Source: Sarea resinae (Eukaryota). Taken from it: a DNA stretch of 64,000 bases. The stretch is taken from assembly GCA_026026165.1 (NCBI GenBank), contig JAPEUD010000028.1:1-64000 (forward strand), in the 5' to 3' direction. Below the pieces are notes generated by a model. It searched no databases, was not told where the DNA came from, and worked only from the letters and a program-made list of their open reading frames with translations. Made by a program: the position numbers and the translations under genes. This document shows positions 12,517-26,743 of the stretch, piece after piece. The stretch's first letter is position 1. The number at the start of each line of letters is the position of its first letter.

Positions 12517-15500
12517 TCTATAAAATAAATAAGTATTACTAGATACTATTATCTTATAATCTTAGATTATAACTTACCTAACTTTAGAGAATAGTAAGGT
12601 AAAGTAGAATTAATAGCTCTAATTAAGTAGGTATACACATGCTAGTTACCTTTCTAAGTTACTAGCTAGGATATTAAAGAAGTATAATAATCTAAAGAAA
12701 ACTTATAGAGGTATAATAGCTAGAGAATAGAGGTAGTAAAGTAGAGGTGTATAGGTAGTAAGAGAAAAAGTAAGCACTTAGATATATAGGTAAGTAGAAG
12801 TGTAGTAGTATAGTATACTATATACACTAGTAGTGCAACTCTATATAAGGATTAAGTTTTAGCATAAAAATTATTAAACATCTTAAATATAGTGAATGTA
12901 AAAAACAGTGAATATAAAAAACAATAAATGTAAGAAACAATAAATATAGTATATACTATAGAGTTATATAACTTTTAAAGCATTATACTTATAGCTTTTA
13001 ACTTCTTTCTTCTTTAACTTTCTTATTTCTTCTCTTAACTTACTACTTACTACTTACTACTTCTTCTATCTCTTTTACTATTAATTTTTTCACTAATTAT
13101 CTATAAACTTAATTTCTATCCTCTCTAGACATTGCACTATATAATAGTAATAGCATATAGTAACTAAGAATAAAAGTCTATACTATATTAGCTGAAATTT
13201 AGTTTTAGAAAAGAATAGCTAATTTTTCTACTAAAACTCTTTAGAAGAGCACACTTTTATTACCTTAGTAAGTTCTACTATTATATAATATAATAGTAAC
13301 TATAGATAGTAACTAATACTTAAGTTAAACGAAATTCAGATACAGATTCTTAATCTAATAAAGATTATTAATCTAATCTAATAATCTTAATCTAATTAAA
13401 TAATCTTAATCTAATCTAATAATCTTAATTTAATAAGACTTAAGATATCTAGGAAAGAGATTAAGATAGAAAAGGTAACACTTATTAGTAATAGCTTTAT
13501 ATAGAGCACTTACTAACTCTAATAGAATAATAATATAATAGATATAATTATAGACACTAAAATAGATAAGGAGACTACTATAGTATTAGCTAAATATAAT
13601 GCTAGGTTCTCTATATAAAAAGTAATAGTCTTTAGTAATGCTTTTAACTATATAACTAACTTATCTTAGAAACAATATAGGCTATATAAGAAGAGTAATA
13701 AAGATAAAATTAAGGTGTAAAAGGACTATAGCTAGTACTCTACTAAGGCTTTTACTTCTTATACTTAGAATATAAAGTCTTAGATAACTTTAGATAAGCT
13801 AACACTAATAAGGGCTAGAGTAGCAGACTAAAAAGCTAAATGTAATGCTAAGGTTGCTTTACTTAAAACAGCTACCTATTAAAAGGCTAGTAAAGATAAG
13901 AAGACTTAGATACTAATTAAGCGCTTTAAACTATTAGAAGAGAAGAGATATAAAGAGAAAAGATCTTTAGTATAGATTAAGTCTAAGATTATAGCTAGAT
14001 TAAATAAAGAGAAGTAGAAAGCTAAAGAGAAATTTAATAAAATAGCTAAGGCTAGGCTAGCTAATAGAGTCTTAGAGCTAAGCTAAAAAGTAACTGATTT
14101 TAGTAATGCTTTTTTAATTATATAACGCTAATAAAATTACAGACACTCTCTTTAAAGACTAATAATAAAGGAGGAATAGCAGATGCTTTATATAAGTATA
14201 TAGCCTCTTTTATCTGCAAATAAGAGCAAGAGATCTACACTACTTTCTAGACTAGAATCTTAATAGCTACCTAGCTCTAAAAATATAAAAATAAAGCTTT
14301 AGCGCTTTCTAGCTAATTATAAATATCCTAAGGTTCTTTTAAACTCTAGAGATATAATAGATTCTAAGAGTAAGGCCTTATTAGTTAGCAGCAATAATAT
14401 TAAGGTAGTAATTAGTAATAATAGAGTTACTCTAAAGAAAGAAAGTAATAATAGTTTTATTAATAAGTTAGATATAGAGAATAATAACAAACTAAACAAT
14501 ATTAATAAAGAAGATAAAGAGAGACTAGCTAGTAGCTTATCTAATGTAGCTATAGATAATTAAGGGGTTACTAAATTACATTACTTTTCTTAGATAATTA
14601 GTAGTAGCTTTTATTAGTAATAAGGGCTTAGGGGTTACTAAAATGCATTACTAGTCTAAGACAGATATTAGTAGCTTTTATAGCTTTTTAACTATATAAT
14701 TAGAGAATAGATTATAAACTCTTATTATTAATATACCTCTTTAATCCTAAGTAGTGTGTGTATACTAAGTTGCTTTACTTTCTTTAGTAACCTTTTACTA
14801 TACTAAAACAAGCACTAAGTAGAAGTAGTAAAACACTAATAATATATCTCTTATTATAACTAGTATTATTTGTAGTTTAGTCTCTTTCTTAGCTAGTAGG
14901 TCTGTTTTAATAGCCTAATATTAGTATTATACTACTTATACTTTACATTTACTATTACTAATTATTATTACTTTACTTAACTCCTATACTAGCCTTCTTT
15001 TTACACGTTATTAGAGAGCTAATTACAGCTAGCTATATAGTTTAACGTGTTTTGTTTGTGTTTTTACTCCTCTATATATACTTATAATATAGTCTCTTTA
15101 TAATAGTGTCTATATATTGTTATACTAGCCTCTATATCTAAGTTATATAATAGCAACTATAACTTTAAGCTAAAAGAGCTTAGCTTTCTCTACCTCTAGT
15201 ACAATTAGCTAGGAGTTAGACCTACTATTAGATATATACTCTTAATTCTATTTAAGTAATAACAATTAGTAATACAGATTAGAGTCTCTACTCTCTAAGA
15301 GAGTTAAGGCCTTTATTACACTTAGTTACACTTCTTATTATTGCTATATTATCTTTAATAGCAATAAGTTAGCTACATTTTTTACCTAGTAGACTAATAT
15401 AAAATATAGTGCTAATTTTACACGATTTAAGAATCTACTATAGGATTTAATATAGAGATATAGCAGATACTAGGAATATTTTAACTAATATATAAAAAGC

Positions 15501-17391
15501 GATAATAGATAACTAGCTGTCTGCTACAAACTATATAGCTTTATCTTAAAGCATCTATTAATAAAGAACACTAGAATATTAGTACTAAAAAACTACCTTA
15601 TAATATAGCAATGTATAAAGAAAAAGCAGTTAAGTGTATAGATAACACTTAAGATAAGTCTCTAAGTATATATTGTCTCTAATATTATAACAACAAATAG
15701 TAACACACTTTCTCTAAAAACAGTAGAAGACTTCTACTTAAGATAATCTTCTTATATTTACTTAAGGCTAATAGAAAGAACAACTTCTAAATATAGTTAT
15801 TAATCTAAATCTACTATTCTATACTATAGAGAATACTTAGTTCTAAAGGACATTATATATACTTTATCCTATTCTCTATATCTAAAGGCAGTTTGTAATT
15901 TAAAGTATATATCTCTAATTATATTTGTAATATTAAGGCAGCCTTTTTAAAAGACCTTAGTCTAATAGCAAAGGTTTCTATTACTCTAGATTGCTAGATA
16001 TTACTAAATAATCTTTTATTTATAGCAATAATAGAATACTATATCTCTTCTAACTAGTCTTACTATAAAGTGCTACTTAGTTTTAAGTATATAACTAGGT
16101 AGTATATAAAGTAACGCTTTATAGAGATAGTCTATAGTGTTCTATAGCAATACAAACTTTAGGTAAGTTCTAGTGCATTATTAAAGAATAGTGCTTATAT
16201 AATCTTAGAGGCGTTTGCTTAGCCTTACTACAAATAATACTGCAAATAATAGTATATTAAAAACAGCTCTTTATAATATCCTCTTTAAAAAAGAGGATTT
16301 TAACTAGAACCTAGCTATATCTGTTGTTCTATATATAGCATATGTTATTTAACTTGTTATAACTACACTTCTTAAGTTACTCTTAGTAATTATAACAAAC
16401 AATATAGCTATAATAATGTAAGAGGAAATAGAGCTTAGAGATATAACTAATAGTGTTATTACATTTAGTAATACACTCTAGAAAGTACTTCTATAGTAAC
16501 TATAGATAGTAACGCTCTTACTTATATATATCTTTAGGTCTACTAAATCACTATTACTATCTAGGTATTACCTTAGCGCCTTAAAAGGTTTCTTAATATC
16601 TAAGGTAATAAAGCCTTACATTCTATTTAAGATGTTTGCACTTAATAGAACTTAATATTTAATATGCTTACCTATACTCTAGTACTATAACATGCAATTA
16701 ATAAGCTAGTTTAAAGCAAAGAATTATCTTAAATTACTAAAAAGCTTTAATTAAATAACACTAAGTAGAAGTAGGTAGAGTATCTAATTACTATTCTATA
16801 ACTATTTAAGGTGTAGACTAAAGCCTTTTCTGCAACTAGTAGAGTTACAATTTATCTTACTTAGTTTATATATAGAAAACTCTTTAATTACCTTAAGTCT
16901 TAAAAGGCTTAGCTTCTTAAGAAAGATATTCTATAGAAATAAGGCTTAAGTAAAGTAATTAAGGCTTTACTATCTTACCTAAGCAAATACTATAGTGCGA
17001 CAGCAGATAGTAGTAAAGAGCTATATAGTCTTACTTATATTCTAAACCTAAAGTAAAAACTTAATACATATAAAGTAATACTATCTTATAACACTTATAG
17101 TAATATTACTAACTTCTCTCTTCTACTCTTTTAGAGTCTAGACTAGAGCGCAACTTATATAAAAAAGTATTAGCAATAGTTTCTATAGTATTACAAAGCT
17201 AACTACTAGAAATTTAAGAGTAGCACTCTATATATTACTCTAACACTAACACCTCTTTATCTAACTCTTAATTTACTTGCTTTTATAGATTAGTAGAAGT
17301 CTATATTACAGAATATAAAACTTACTAAGGCTATAAGATACCTTTCTATACTTATCTCTTCTACTACTTATTAAACACTACTTAAAGTAAG

Positions 17392-17543
17392 TGTAATATT
17401 AGGTGTAACAAGTCTGTATTACTAACTATTACTTAAGCAACTACTATATAGGAATGCACTAGCTATAGTAACTCTGCTATCGCTATCGCTATACTATACT
17501 GTAACTAGTTATACTGTAATTAGTCCTGCTAAACACTCTAACA
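17392..17543 (-). repeat. 3' LTR of gypsy B
   Basis: TGTAATATT...CTCTAACA; direct repeat of 24506-24657. Confidence 0.92.
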
Positions 17544-20500
17544 CTTAGCTTATAGAAGAAAAGCTATTGTCTTTAATAGCGTTAAATATAGTAGAATAAG
17601 AAATATAGCATAATGCTATAGGTATAAATATAGAATTTGTAGCAATTAGATTTGTATAAGCTTGTTGTAAAGTTAGTACTATATAGATACAATTTTATTA
17701 GGAGCAATTAGTTTTTATTAAAACAGTTTTATTAAAATAAGTTTAGTAAAAGGGATTTATAGAGAGCGGTTTATCGCCTCTAACACTGTTAAAATTCTTC
17801 TAGTATATCTAGAGCATTCTTAAAGGCGTACTCCTATTCCTATATAGCGTCTTATATAGGCTATCTATACTACTTAGTAAGAAACTGTTTATAGTAAGTG
17901 TTACTATATCTAACTATCTTACTTTAGATAATACATTTAACTTTCTATTTGCAATAATTGTCCTAGTTATAGCTGATTCCTTTAACTAGTCTAGAGCGTG
18001 CTAGTTCCTTGTTGAATTTGTCTTTATCTAGGCTAGAGGCTAGTTCTAGGTGTGCTGTAGAAATAACTAGGTGAATATAGAATCCTTCTAGTAATTTAAG
18101 ATATAGTGTAAGGCCTTTGCTAACTTTCTTAATGATTTGTAAAGGTCTAACTTGCTACACAACTAGTTTAGCTTTTCTAACTAATAGGAGTGTATAAGCT
18201 TTATAGAGGTGTAGCATTGCTTTACTAGAGTTAAAATTTAGTTCTATATAATAGAGATTATACAACCTTGCTATTGCTTGTTTTACTAGGGCTATAGCAG
18301 CGACTGCGTTGTAGCAGGCTATTTTGTGTTACTTAATATAGGATTATAAGAGTTGCAGTTGCGTTCTAGCTTAGAGAGCGTTGCCTAGGACGTTATACAA
18401 TTAGCAGATAGTTATTCTAAACAGGATTTTATTTAGCGCACGCTTAGTTGTATTAGCATAGGTATTATTAATATGCTTCTTAATTGTAGCAAGCGTGTTA
18501 CTCTAGTTCTCTTGCTAATTGTTAATGTAGTACTAGAGAGCGATCTTAAGTATCTAGTTTATTTGTTCTACTAGTCTATTAGCTAATAAGTAGTATATAG
18601 TTGTCGCTATTATATAGGTTCTAGCTTGTTAAAAGAGATAGGTCTAGAACTTGCTAAGAAACTAATAGTCCTAGTTAGTTATTATTACAGCAGGAAATCT
18701 CTAGTCCTTTTTTACCTGCTAGATAAACGACTTAGCCTAGTCCTTTACATTCTAGTCCTTTTGTCCTAGTAGAAAGTGTATAGCGTGTGAGAAACAATTA
18801 ACTACAGTTATAATAGTATTAAATTTAGCGTTACTATAAGTATAAATCTAGTATTTAAGTAAGTTAGTAACTAGGTCTAGATAAATAGTATAAAACAAGA
18901 TTTCTAGAGAATTAATTAGGCGAAGGTCTATAAACAAGCGATACTATACAGGCTAGTTTGTTATACATTTAAGATATAACACGATATAGTGATTAATGCT
19001 ATAACCTATAGATTTCTACTAATACTAGGCTACAAGTTTTATGTATATCTAGAGCAGCCTATAATATAACTAGGAATTATATACTAGTTAAAGAAGTTCT
19101 TTCTATATTAATTGCAGTATTACAAGGTGTAGTTGTTTGTTAGACAAGTTAATAAAGTATAGTAAGCTGTTATAGAGAGCGAATTAGCTTAGAGAGCTTT
19201 GTTACTAGTTATCTTAATTAATTTAACTATGTTATAGAAGGTAGTTACAAATCTTTTAGAGGTGATTGTTATCTTTAACACCTTAGCGCAGTTTGTTTTT
19301 ATATTTATTAGTTGCGTCTAGTAAAGTTACAAGCCTAGTAAAGTCGCGTTTATTTAATACTATTAATTCTTAGTATTCCTTAAGGCGCTTAGCAAGCCTA
19401 TTAGCATTGTGTTAATAGCGAGATAGTATGTCTAGAACGATTATATTATAGCCTTCTTTATAGATAATAGATAGGCGATCCTAGTACTAACTAAGGAAGA
19501 CAGCAGTATTAGTAAGTCTTATGTTTATCTTTGCTAGACTAGTTGTCTATAACAATTATATCTTAGAGATTGCCTTATTTGCTTAGTGATTAGTAATAAC
19601 TATTATATATAAGGCTTACTTAATAAACAAAATTGTCTTATAGACAGCCTATACTAAGGCAGTTATTTCTAAATTTATAGGCTAATAATATAACTCTAGG
19701 TCCTATAACTCTCTACTTAGGAATAAGATTAGTTATAAGTGAGTTAGTTTTAGGATTCCTAAACAGTTTGTCTTCTTATTATTATTAATCAAATTAATTA
19801 CCTAGTATATAGCGACTCTAAATCCCTACTTATAGGATGTATTAATAAAGATAAATAGCTGTTTAACTAGGTTAAAGTAGGCGAGTATTAGTCCTAATAT
19901 AAACGCATTGTATAGGTCTTTAAGAGACGCTTATTCTAACTTAGTAAATTAAAATCGATTGCAAGCAGCTATTAATTTGCAGGCACTGCCTTTAGTTTGT
20001 AGCAAGGTTTAGAGAAGTTTCTTCTTTAGTTAGGTTAACAGACTACTTCTTTATATATAGAACAGAATAAGGTAGCAATGCTATCTAGTGACACTAGTAA
20101 ATTGCTCTAGCGATTTAAGTAAGAATAGAGCTAGAAGCTTAGCTATTACCTCTACCTAGGCAGCTATAGTTGTAAGTCTAAGTTGATTTACTACTATTCT
20201 AAGTAATTTAATAGATTAGAACCTAAGGTAGGTTTTATAAGCCTTTAACGTTATACCTCTATTAGATAACAGCTGTATTGTTTTGTCTAAGTGAAATAAG
20301 TGTTTGCAGAATGTGTTTGAAAAAACAATGATATTATTAATATAGAAGGCAATAAATCTCTAGTTTATACCCTTAAAGATTTAATCTATTAACTGTTACT
20401 AGTGTGTGACACTGTTCTTATTACCTATTACTATTACTAAAATTTGTTTAAGTCTTTAATGTGTTGTTATTGCAGTATAATAGTAGTTGTCTAGATAAAT

Positions 20501-23500
20501 CAGTCTCTAGTAGTATATAGACATAGTATTAAGGCACGCTATATATAATTTGTTTGCTACTACTACTATAACGCGTTCTAACTAGAGAAGCAAGTATATA
20601 TCTGCTAGTTAGATCTTATTTAGCAGCCTTATATTAACTATAGCTTAATTTTTATAGGGTCTAAAGACTATAAAGACCTAGGCTATATAAGAGGAATAAG
20701 GGCTAGAGTGCAGCCTTTCTATATTAAGTAGAGGCTTAAATGTAGCGTTAATAATATTGTAGCCTCTTAGTGCTAGGTTAATTAGTAGTCTTAGTTTTAT
20801 CTTAGCCTTAAGCGTTAGGTCTACTAAGATCTGTATCTACTTAGACTTAGGCTTGCAAATTAGGCCTAATTAGTTATTAAAGAGTTGATTATAATAAGAG
20901 TATAAGGTGTAGAGCGCTTCTTTCTGCTAATCAGCTAGTTTAGAGTTTAAATTAACTTCTGTATAGGTAGTTGTAGTAATATCTAGAAAGATTATTCTGC
21001 TTAGGACTCTGTACTAATAGTTTAGTTTGTAGTGATTGTTTAGCTATATAAACTTAGAGTTAAATAAAACTAGCTTTAGTAATTTAAAGGCTTATATAGC
21101 GAGACTACTAGCTGCTATAGCGATTCTAGTTTAAACAGCAGCCTTAACTAATACTACGTTTAAAATGTTCTTAGCCTAACTAATAGCAATATCTTTAGCC
21201 TAATTAACACAATTAACAGTTGCGTCTTTAATTTAATTAATAGCGTGTTTAATGTTACTAAAGAATGCCTAACTAGTCTAAGCAATTCTAAAGAAACCTT
21301 AAAGTTCCTTAGATACCTACGCCTATATTAATACTATTTTATTGCTGCAAAGGCTTTAGACTGTTCTTATAACCTAGTTCTAGTAAATTAAATAGGAATA
21401 ATCTCTAAAGTTAGTAAAGTATACTTATGCTTAATCTGCTAAGACAATGCCTTTAGCTGCACAAGCAATAGCGCTAAAAGCAGTATTAGTAGAAACAAAC
21501 TTATAGTCTTATTATATATTAAGTGACTTCTTTATCTTAACTAGAATTGCTATAGTAGTCCTTAGAGAAACAATAGTAGTTAAGGCAGCCTAAACTAGTA
21601 CTTGTTTAAAGAATCTAGTCTAGTATACTCTAGTAAGAATGACTATATCCTTATATATATGTATAGTGACTGCCTAATGTTATAGATTAGCTATAATACC
21701 CTCTGCATATATAGTGTCTGTTCTAATAAGTATATCTGTACCTAGATTTAGTATAATAAAGTAAGAGCAGCAAATCTTAGCAACCTTAGTTTTAGCGTTA
21801 TAAAGGTAGAGTGTAAAAACAACTTGTTAAAAGACGTTCTAAACGCTGCTACTAACGCTCTAGATATAGGCTAGAGTTAGTAGAAGGAATGTCTACACTT
21901 ATAGATTAGTAGTAATAGCGTTGTAAAAACGTTTGTTAACACTAGAATTGCTAAAGCTAGTGTCTATAACAATAGACTTAAGAGGACCTTTAAGGTGTAG
22001 TATAGATCTATTAACCTCTAGGAACTTATAAGCAATAAGGTTATAAGTAGAGACTTGCTTAATAGATATAGTAGTAGAGCAAACAATTGTTTTTAGTTTA
22101 GGAATCTTCTTTTTATTAAAGTAGCCTAATTGTCTAAGATAAGTAAAGAGGCAATTATAAGTAGTAAAACTCTTATTACAGCTTTAGTAGTTAAACTCTA
22201 GCATAAAGGCAGCAAATACAGTGTTATACACCTCTTAGGCCTCTTTATCTTCTTTAATACTATAATCTATAAGGAACTCTTTTTAGAAGAGGACTTTATT
22301 GTTATTGTTGTTGCGCAAGTTATTCTAATAACTAGATTCTAGTGTTATTACTTCTTAGTTGTCTGATTCTTTATTATAAGGTGTATTATTACTATTAGTA
22401 ATACTATAGTACATATGTTTCTAGTTCTGTAGTAGAGTAAGACAATTAGGATCCTAATACTAACTATACTTTCTCTTATAGTAATAATAGGCTTAGAAAT
22501 TCTTACTAGCTTTAATTGCCTTAGAAATAGGCAGTAGCTAGCGCTTTTATCTATATAAAGTTTAGCAATCTTATAGTTCTTTCTTTATAAACAGCGTAGC
22601 TAAGCGACCTTAGAATGTATAGAGCTAATCTAATTAGTTTAGATATAGTAGTTATTAAGCGTTCTACTAGTCCTAATATAGAGCACGCTTAGTTAATCGC
22701 AGCAGAGGTTAATTAATAACAGGTTTATACGTTTTAATTAGGTTCTCTTTACACTTATTTAGTTCCTATATATACTTATTAAGTTTGCTAGCTTTTGCTT
22801 CTGCTTTAAGACTAAGTCGAATTTCTAATAAGAAACCTTTCTACATGCAAGCAATAAGTTTAGCTTTGTTAGAGTAGCCTACTATATACAGCATACAGAT
22901 TTTTATTAAGATATAAGCGCTTAGTTAACAGCTCTAATACTAGGTAAAGTGTTTCTTTCCTATGTTAATACGCATTGTATATTCTAATTAAAAGAACTTA
23001 GACTTAATATTTATAATCTAGGCTGTTATAGATTTAAGCATAATAGCTTTCTAGTTATTTATAAGACTAAAATACTATTCTTAAGCGACGTTATTAGCTA
23101 GGTAGTAGCGTAGAGTTATTAGGACTCTATCTTTACTATAGTAGCGTTTAGCGTCTAGAATACTCTTAATAAATAATTGGCTAGCTAATAGGTCTAGAGA
23201 GCCTGTATAAGCGAATTAACTGTTTACTTCTAGTTTTAGGTCACGATTTTTGTTACAGTGCTTGTAGAGTTAGCAGATCTCTTCTAGTGTAGCTATTAAT
23301 ATCTGCTAGTTGTTCTAGTTAGTAAAGATAAGTTAAGTAAGAATCGCGTTCTAGTTAGGCTGCCTGCTAAGAGCTTGCTGTCTGCTATTAAATCTGATTC
23401 TACTATTATTAGCACTACCTTAGTTACTTATTGTTAGATCTATGTCTAAGCGTTTAATTAGGTCTGCTTCTAGTATAAAGTGTCCTCTCTTATCTTAGAG

Positions 23501-24505
23501 AAAGTATAGAAACAGATTAATATATAGACTTATAAGAAGCGATTAAGCTAAAGATAATTAGGCTGTAAACAGTTAAGCTAATAGCTCTGTGACTAATATC
23601 TTAATCTAATTAGGATCTAAGTTAGATAGATTAACAGTACTTAGTAATAATAACAGCTGCTACTACAGTTAATATTCTTACTACTAAGCTTCTAATATAA
23701 ACTTACCTTTAAGATAATAGTGTAGAGCTGTATTAGTGTAGGCCTAGAGGCCTAGTTATAACTCGCTCTATTAGTTAGAGTAGAAGTAAAATAAGAACAA
23801 GTTAATTGTTAACTTATAATAAGTAAGAGTAATAGTTAAATAGTAGAACACTAATTAGCAAAAGATTAATCAATGTAGAAGCAGTTAAGATATAACAAGT
23901 AAAGTTAACAATTAGATTAGTAAAAGAAAAGACTAAAGAAAGATAGAAATTAATTGTTTATTAGAGATATTATAATATAATCACTTGCTTACTACCTTAA
24001 TACTATAGGAAGGAGTTAAGTTTGTGTTAATATCTTAGGTCTAACTAATAGATTAGAAGGTGCTAAATTAAGAGTGTTATAAGTAAGTAGAGAAAGAAGG
24101 CTCTAATATTAACGTGTTAGTTAAACAGAAATCAATAATATTAGACCTAATAGTAGAGGTAAGAATAAGGTTAGTCTAACTAGCAAATAACAAAACTAAA
24201 AAACAATAGGACTAAGAAACTAGGACTAAGAATAAGAAACTAGGACTAAGAAACAATAAAACTAAACAATAAAACTAATAGATTAGCTTTATAGTTAATA
24301 GAATCGCGTTCTAATAGTGTAGCAATTGTAAAGATACACTAACTCTAGCTAATAAGGCGACTAGTGTAAACGCAGTCCTAAATACTAACTAGTAGTAAAC
24401 TAATTCAGTGATTAAAAAGGTTTAGTTCTTATAGAATCACTAGTAAGAGTTAGTTTACTCTCTTATAAAGATATAATCTTAGCTAGCTTTGCTATTAATA
24501 CTAAG

Positions 24506-24657
24506 TGTAATATTAGGTGTAATAGGTTTGTATTACTAACTATTACTTAAGCAACTACTATATAGGAATGCACTAGCTATAGTAACTCTACTATTACTAT
24601 TGCTATATTATACTACAACTAGTTATACTGTAATTAGTCTTACTAAGCACTCTAATA
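24506..24657 (-). repeat. 5' LTR of gypsy B
   Basis: Direct repeat of 17392-17543. On the minus strand it is followed by the PBS-like cttagtattaatagc. Confidence 0.92.
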
Positions 24658-26743
24658 GTAAGTAATAAAATATTATAACGCTCTAAACTTACTAACTTAT
24701 AATTAGTCCTAGTAATACTCTATAGTTAAACTTCTAATTATTAAGTAAGTAGTAAGAGATATTCTAGCAGCTCTAGTCTTAATAGTTAGAGTTAAGCAAT
24801 GCTTTAATATTGTATATAATATTGTTTACTATTACTAAAGCAACTTAAACCCTAATACAATTTAGAGCCTAATAATAATTTGCTACTATAAACGCTATAT
24901 CTTCTTATAGCAGAGTCTAATAAAGAATATAAGTGCTAATAAGATAAAGAATACCTTTAATAGTAAAAATTATAATAGTAAGGTTACTAAGAGTTGCTAT
25001 ATTAGTAAAGAGAAAGATAGTAGTAAGTAAGAGTAGCTTAAGCCTATCTAAAAAACATTAAGGTAAAGAACACTATATTATATCTAATATAGTACTTCTA
25101 TCTCTAAGACTTATAACTCTTTATATAACCTAAGCTTATTAGAGAATAAATTAGGTTCTTAAGTAAGTAGTTAGAAGACTATACTAGATATAAGTAGATA
25201 AGACACTAATTCTAGTTAAGTAAACCTCTTATATAATTTAGATCTAGCTACTATTAAGATTATATCTATATTTCTATTAGAATACACTATCTACTATATA
25301 GTAGAAAAGTAACCTTATTACTATTACCTCTATTTTCTTATATTACTTATACTTTTATTATTGCCTTTTATTATTACCTAAGGTGCTATAACTATATATT
25401 ATTTAATTAGTATCTATAGACCTTTAGTTATATATTAGATTATAATAGATTACTTAGGTTAGGTTAACTATTATTCTACTAACACACTATTAGTTAATAG
25501 GTTACTAGACTAGCCTTATCTAGTCTATAAGCCTTATCTATAGAACTATTAGATTAATATATCTAGTTAGAGTAACTACCTTAGCTCTATCTATATTAAA
25601 GAAGATATAATAATTACTATATATAGATAATATTTTACTATTTAGTAAATCAGCTAATAGTATAAATAGTCTCTATTTAAGACCTCTTTAAGCACCTAGA
25701 GATCTCTAATCTAAAGGCTATAAAATTCTATCTAAGGATAGAAATCTTTAGAGATAGGCTTAATAAAAAGATTATCCTAAATTAAAAGGCTTTTATCACT
25801 AATTTATTAATAAAATTCAACAGATTAGGCCTAAAGCCTATAATAACACCTTCTAAAGGTAGTGTAAAGTTAGATAGAAACAGTCTATAAGTAAACTCTA
25901 AAGATATTAAACAATATTAAAGAGAAATAAGTAGTCTAATCTACCTAACTATTATTTCTAGACCTAATCTAGCCTATATAGTAAATCTATATGCTAGATT
26001 TATGCAAAATCCTAGCTAGTAGTTGTATTTTAAATCTCTAGATAGGATCTAGCAATACCTTATTTATATAAAGGACTATAGTCTTATCTATTAGTCTATA
26101 TAAATCACAATAAAAAGGCCTAAAACTCTAAGGTTATTGCAATTCAGACTAGAGAAGAGATTATAGCAGAAGATCTACAACAAGCTATGTTTTTCTACTA
26201 GATAATAATATATCTTCCTAGAATTCTAAACTGCAAAAAACAATTGCCTTAAGCTCTTATAAAGCAGAATACATAGCCTTAAAAGAGACTATAAAAGAGG
26301 ATTTATATATAAATTCTCTAATTAAGTAAATCCTCTTGCTAAAAGACAATATTAGCATAGAGGATTCTAAGGCTATATACACTGACAGCCTTTCTGCTAT
26401 AGAACTCGCAAAAAACCCAATGTTTTATTAAAAAACAAAGCATATTGATATACAATATCACTTTGTTAGAGACAACTATCAAAAGAATATAATTCACCTG
26501 AATTATATACCTACAGCTAGTCAACTAGCAGATGGCTTTACTAAGCCACTTAGCACTCAAAAGTGGCTAGAAGTCCTAAAGGCTATTCAGATACAGCCTA
26601 CACCTAAAGGACAAACAAGTTCTATAGGTGTAAGTTCTATAGGTGCATAAAAATGCGTACCTATAGCAACTGTTATAAAAAGCCAAGTTCTATAGGTGTT
26701 CTAAATTGCATACCTATCCTATAGAATTAAGCTTAAGGGGGTG

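Larger units (their letters stand above)
17392..24657 (-). mobile_element. Ty3/gypsy chromovirus-type LTR retrotransposon B (RIP-inactivated, full length)
   Basis: 152-bp LTRs at 17392-17543 and 24506-24657; TSD GTAAG at 17387-17391 and 24658-24662. Minus-strand RT core AFYINNIIVF (YINN at 20333-20344). Chromodomain-like segment at ~17835-17950 reads WKVECII...FLTKW.GWP..DATWE after RIP reversal. Confidence 0.92.
2577..25581. mobile_element. Large composite insertion into the copia RT; outer element (~7 kb: 2577-3301, 12026-17391, 24663-25581) unclassified, apparently multi-ORF
   Basis: Flanked by the identical 12-mer TAGCTCTATCTA at 2565-2576 and 25582-25593. The copia RT sequence resumes after the second copy (DSSIY-IKED...YVDD). 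Confidence 0.8.

Noticed and set aside
12396..13440. CRISPR-like appearance of short repeat arrays (also 566-613 and 27300-27380)
   Set aside because: Eukaryotic DNA; tandem units without unique spacers; no cas genes.
14317..14499. 60-aa Leu-rich minus-strand ORF; likewise 26339-26524
   Set aside because: Compositional artefacts of RIPed DNA, antisense to decayed element ORFs.
2577..25581. Starship call for the large insertion
   Set aside because: Only ~7 kb once the gypsies are removed, and I could not recognise a DUF3435 tyrosine recombinase at either end.
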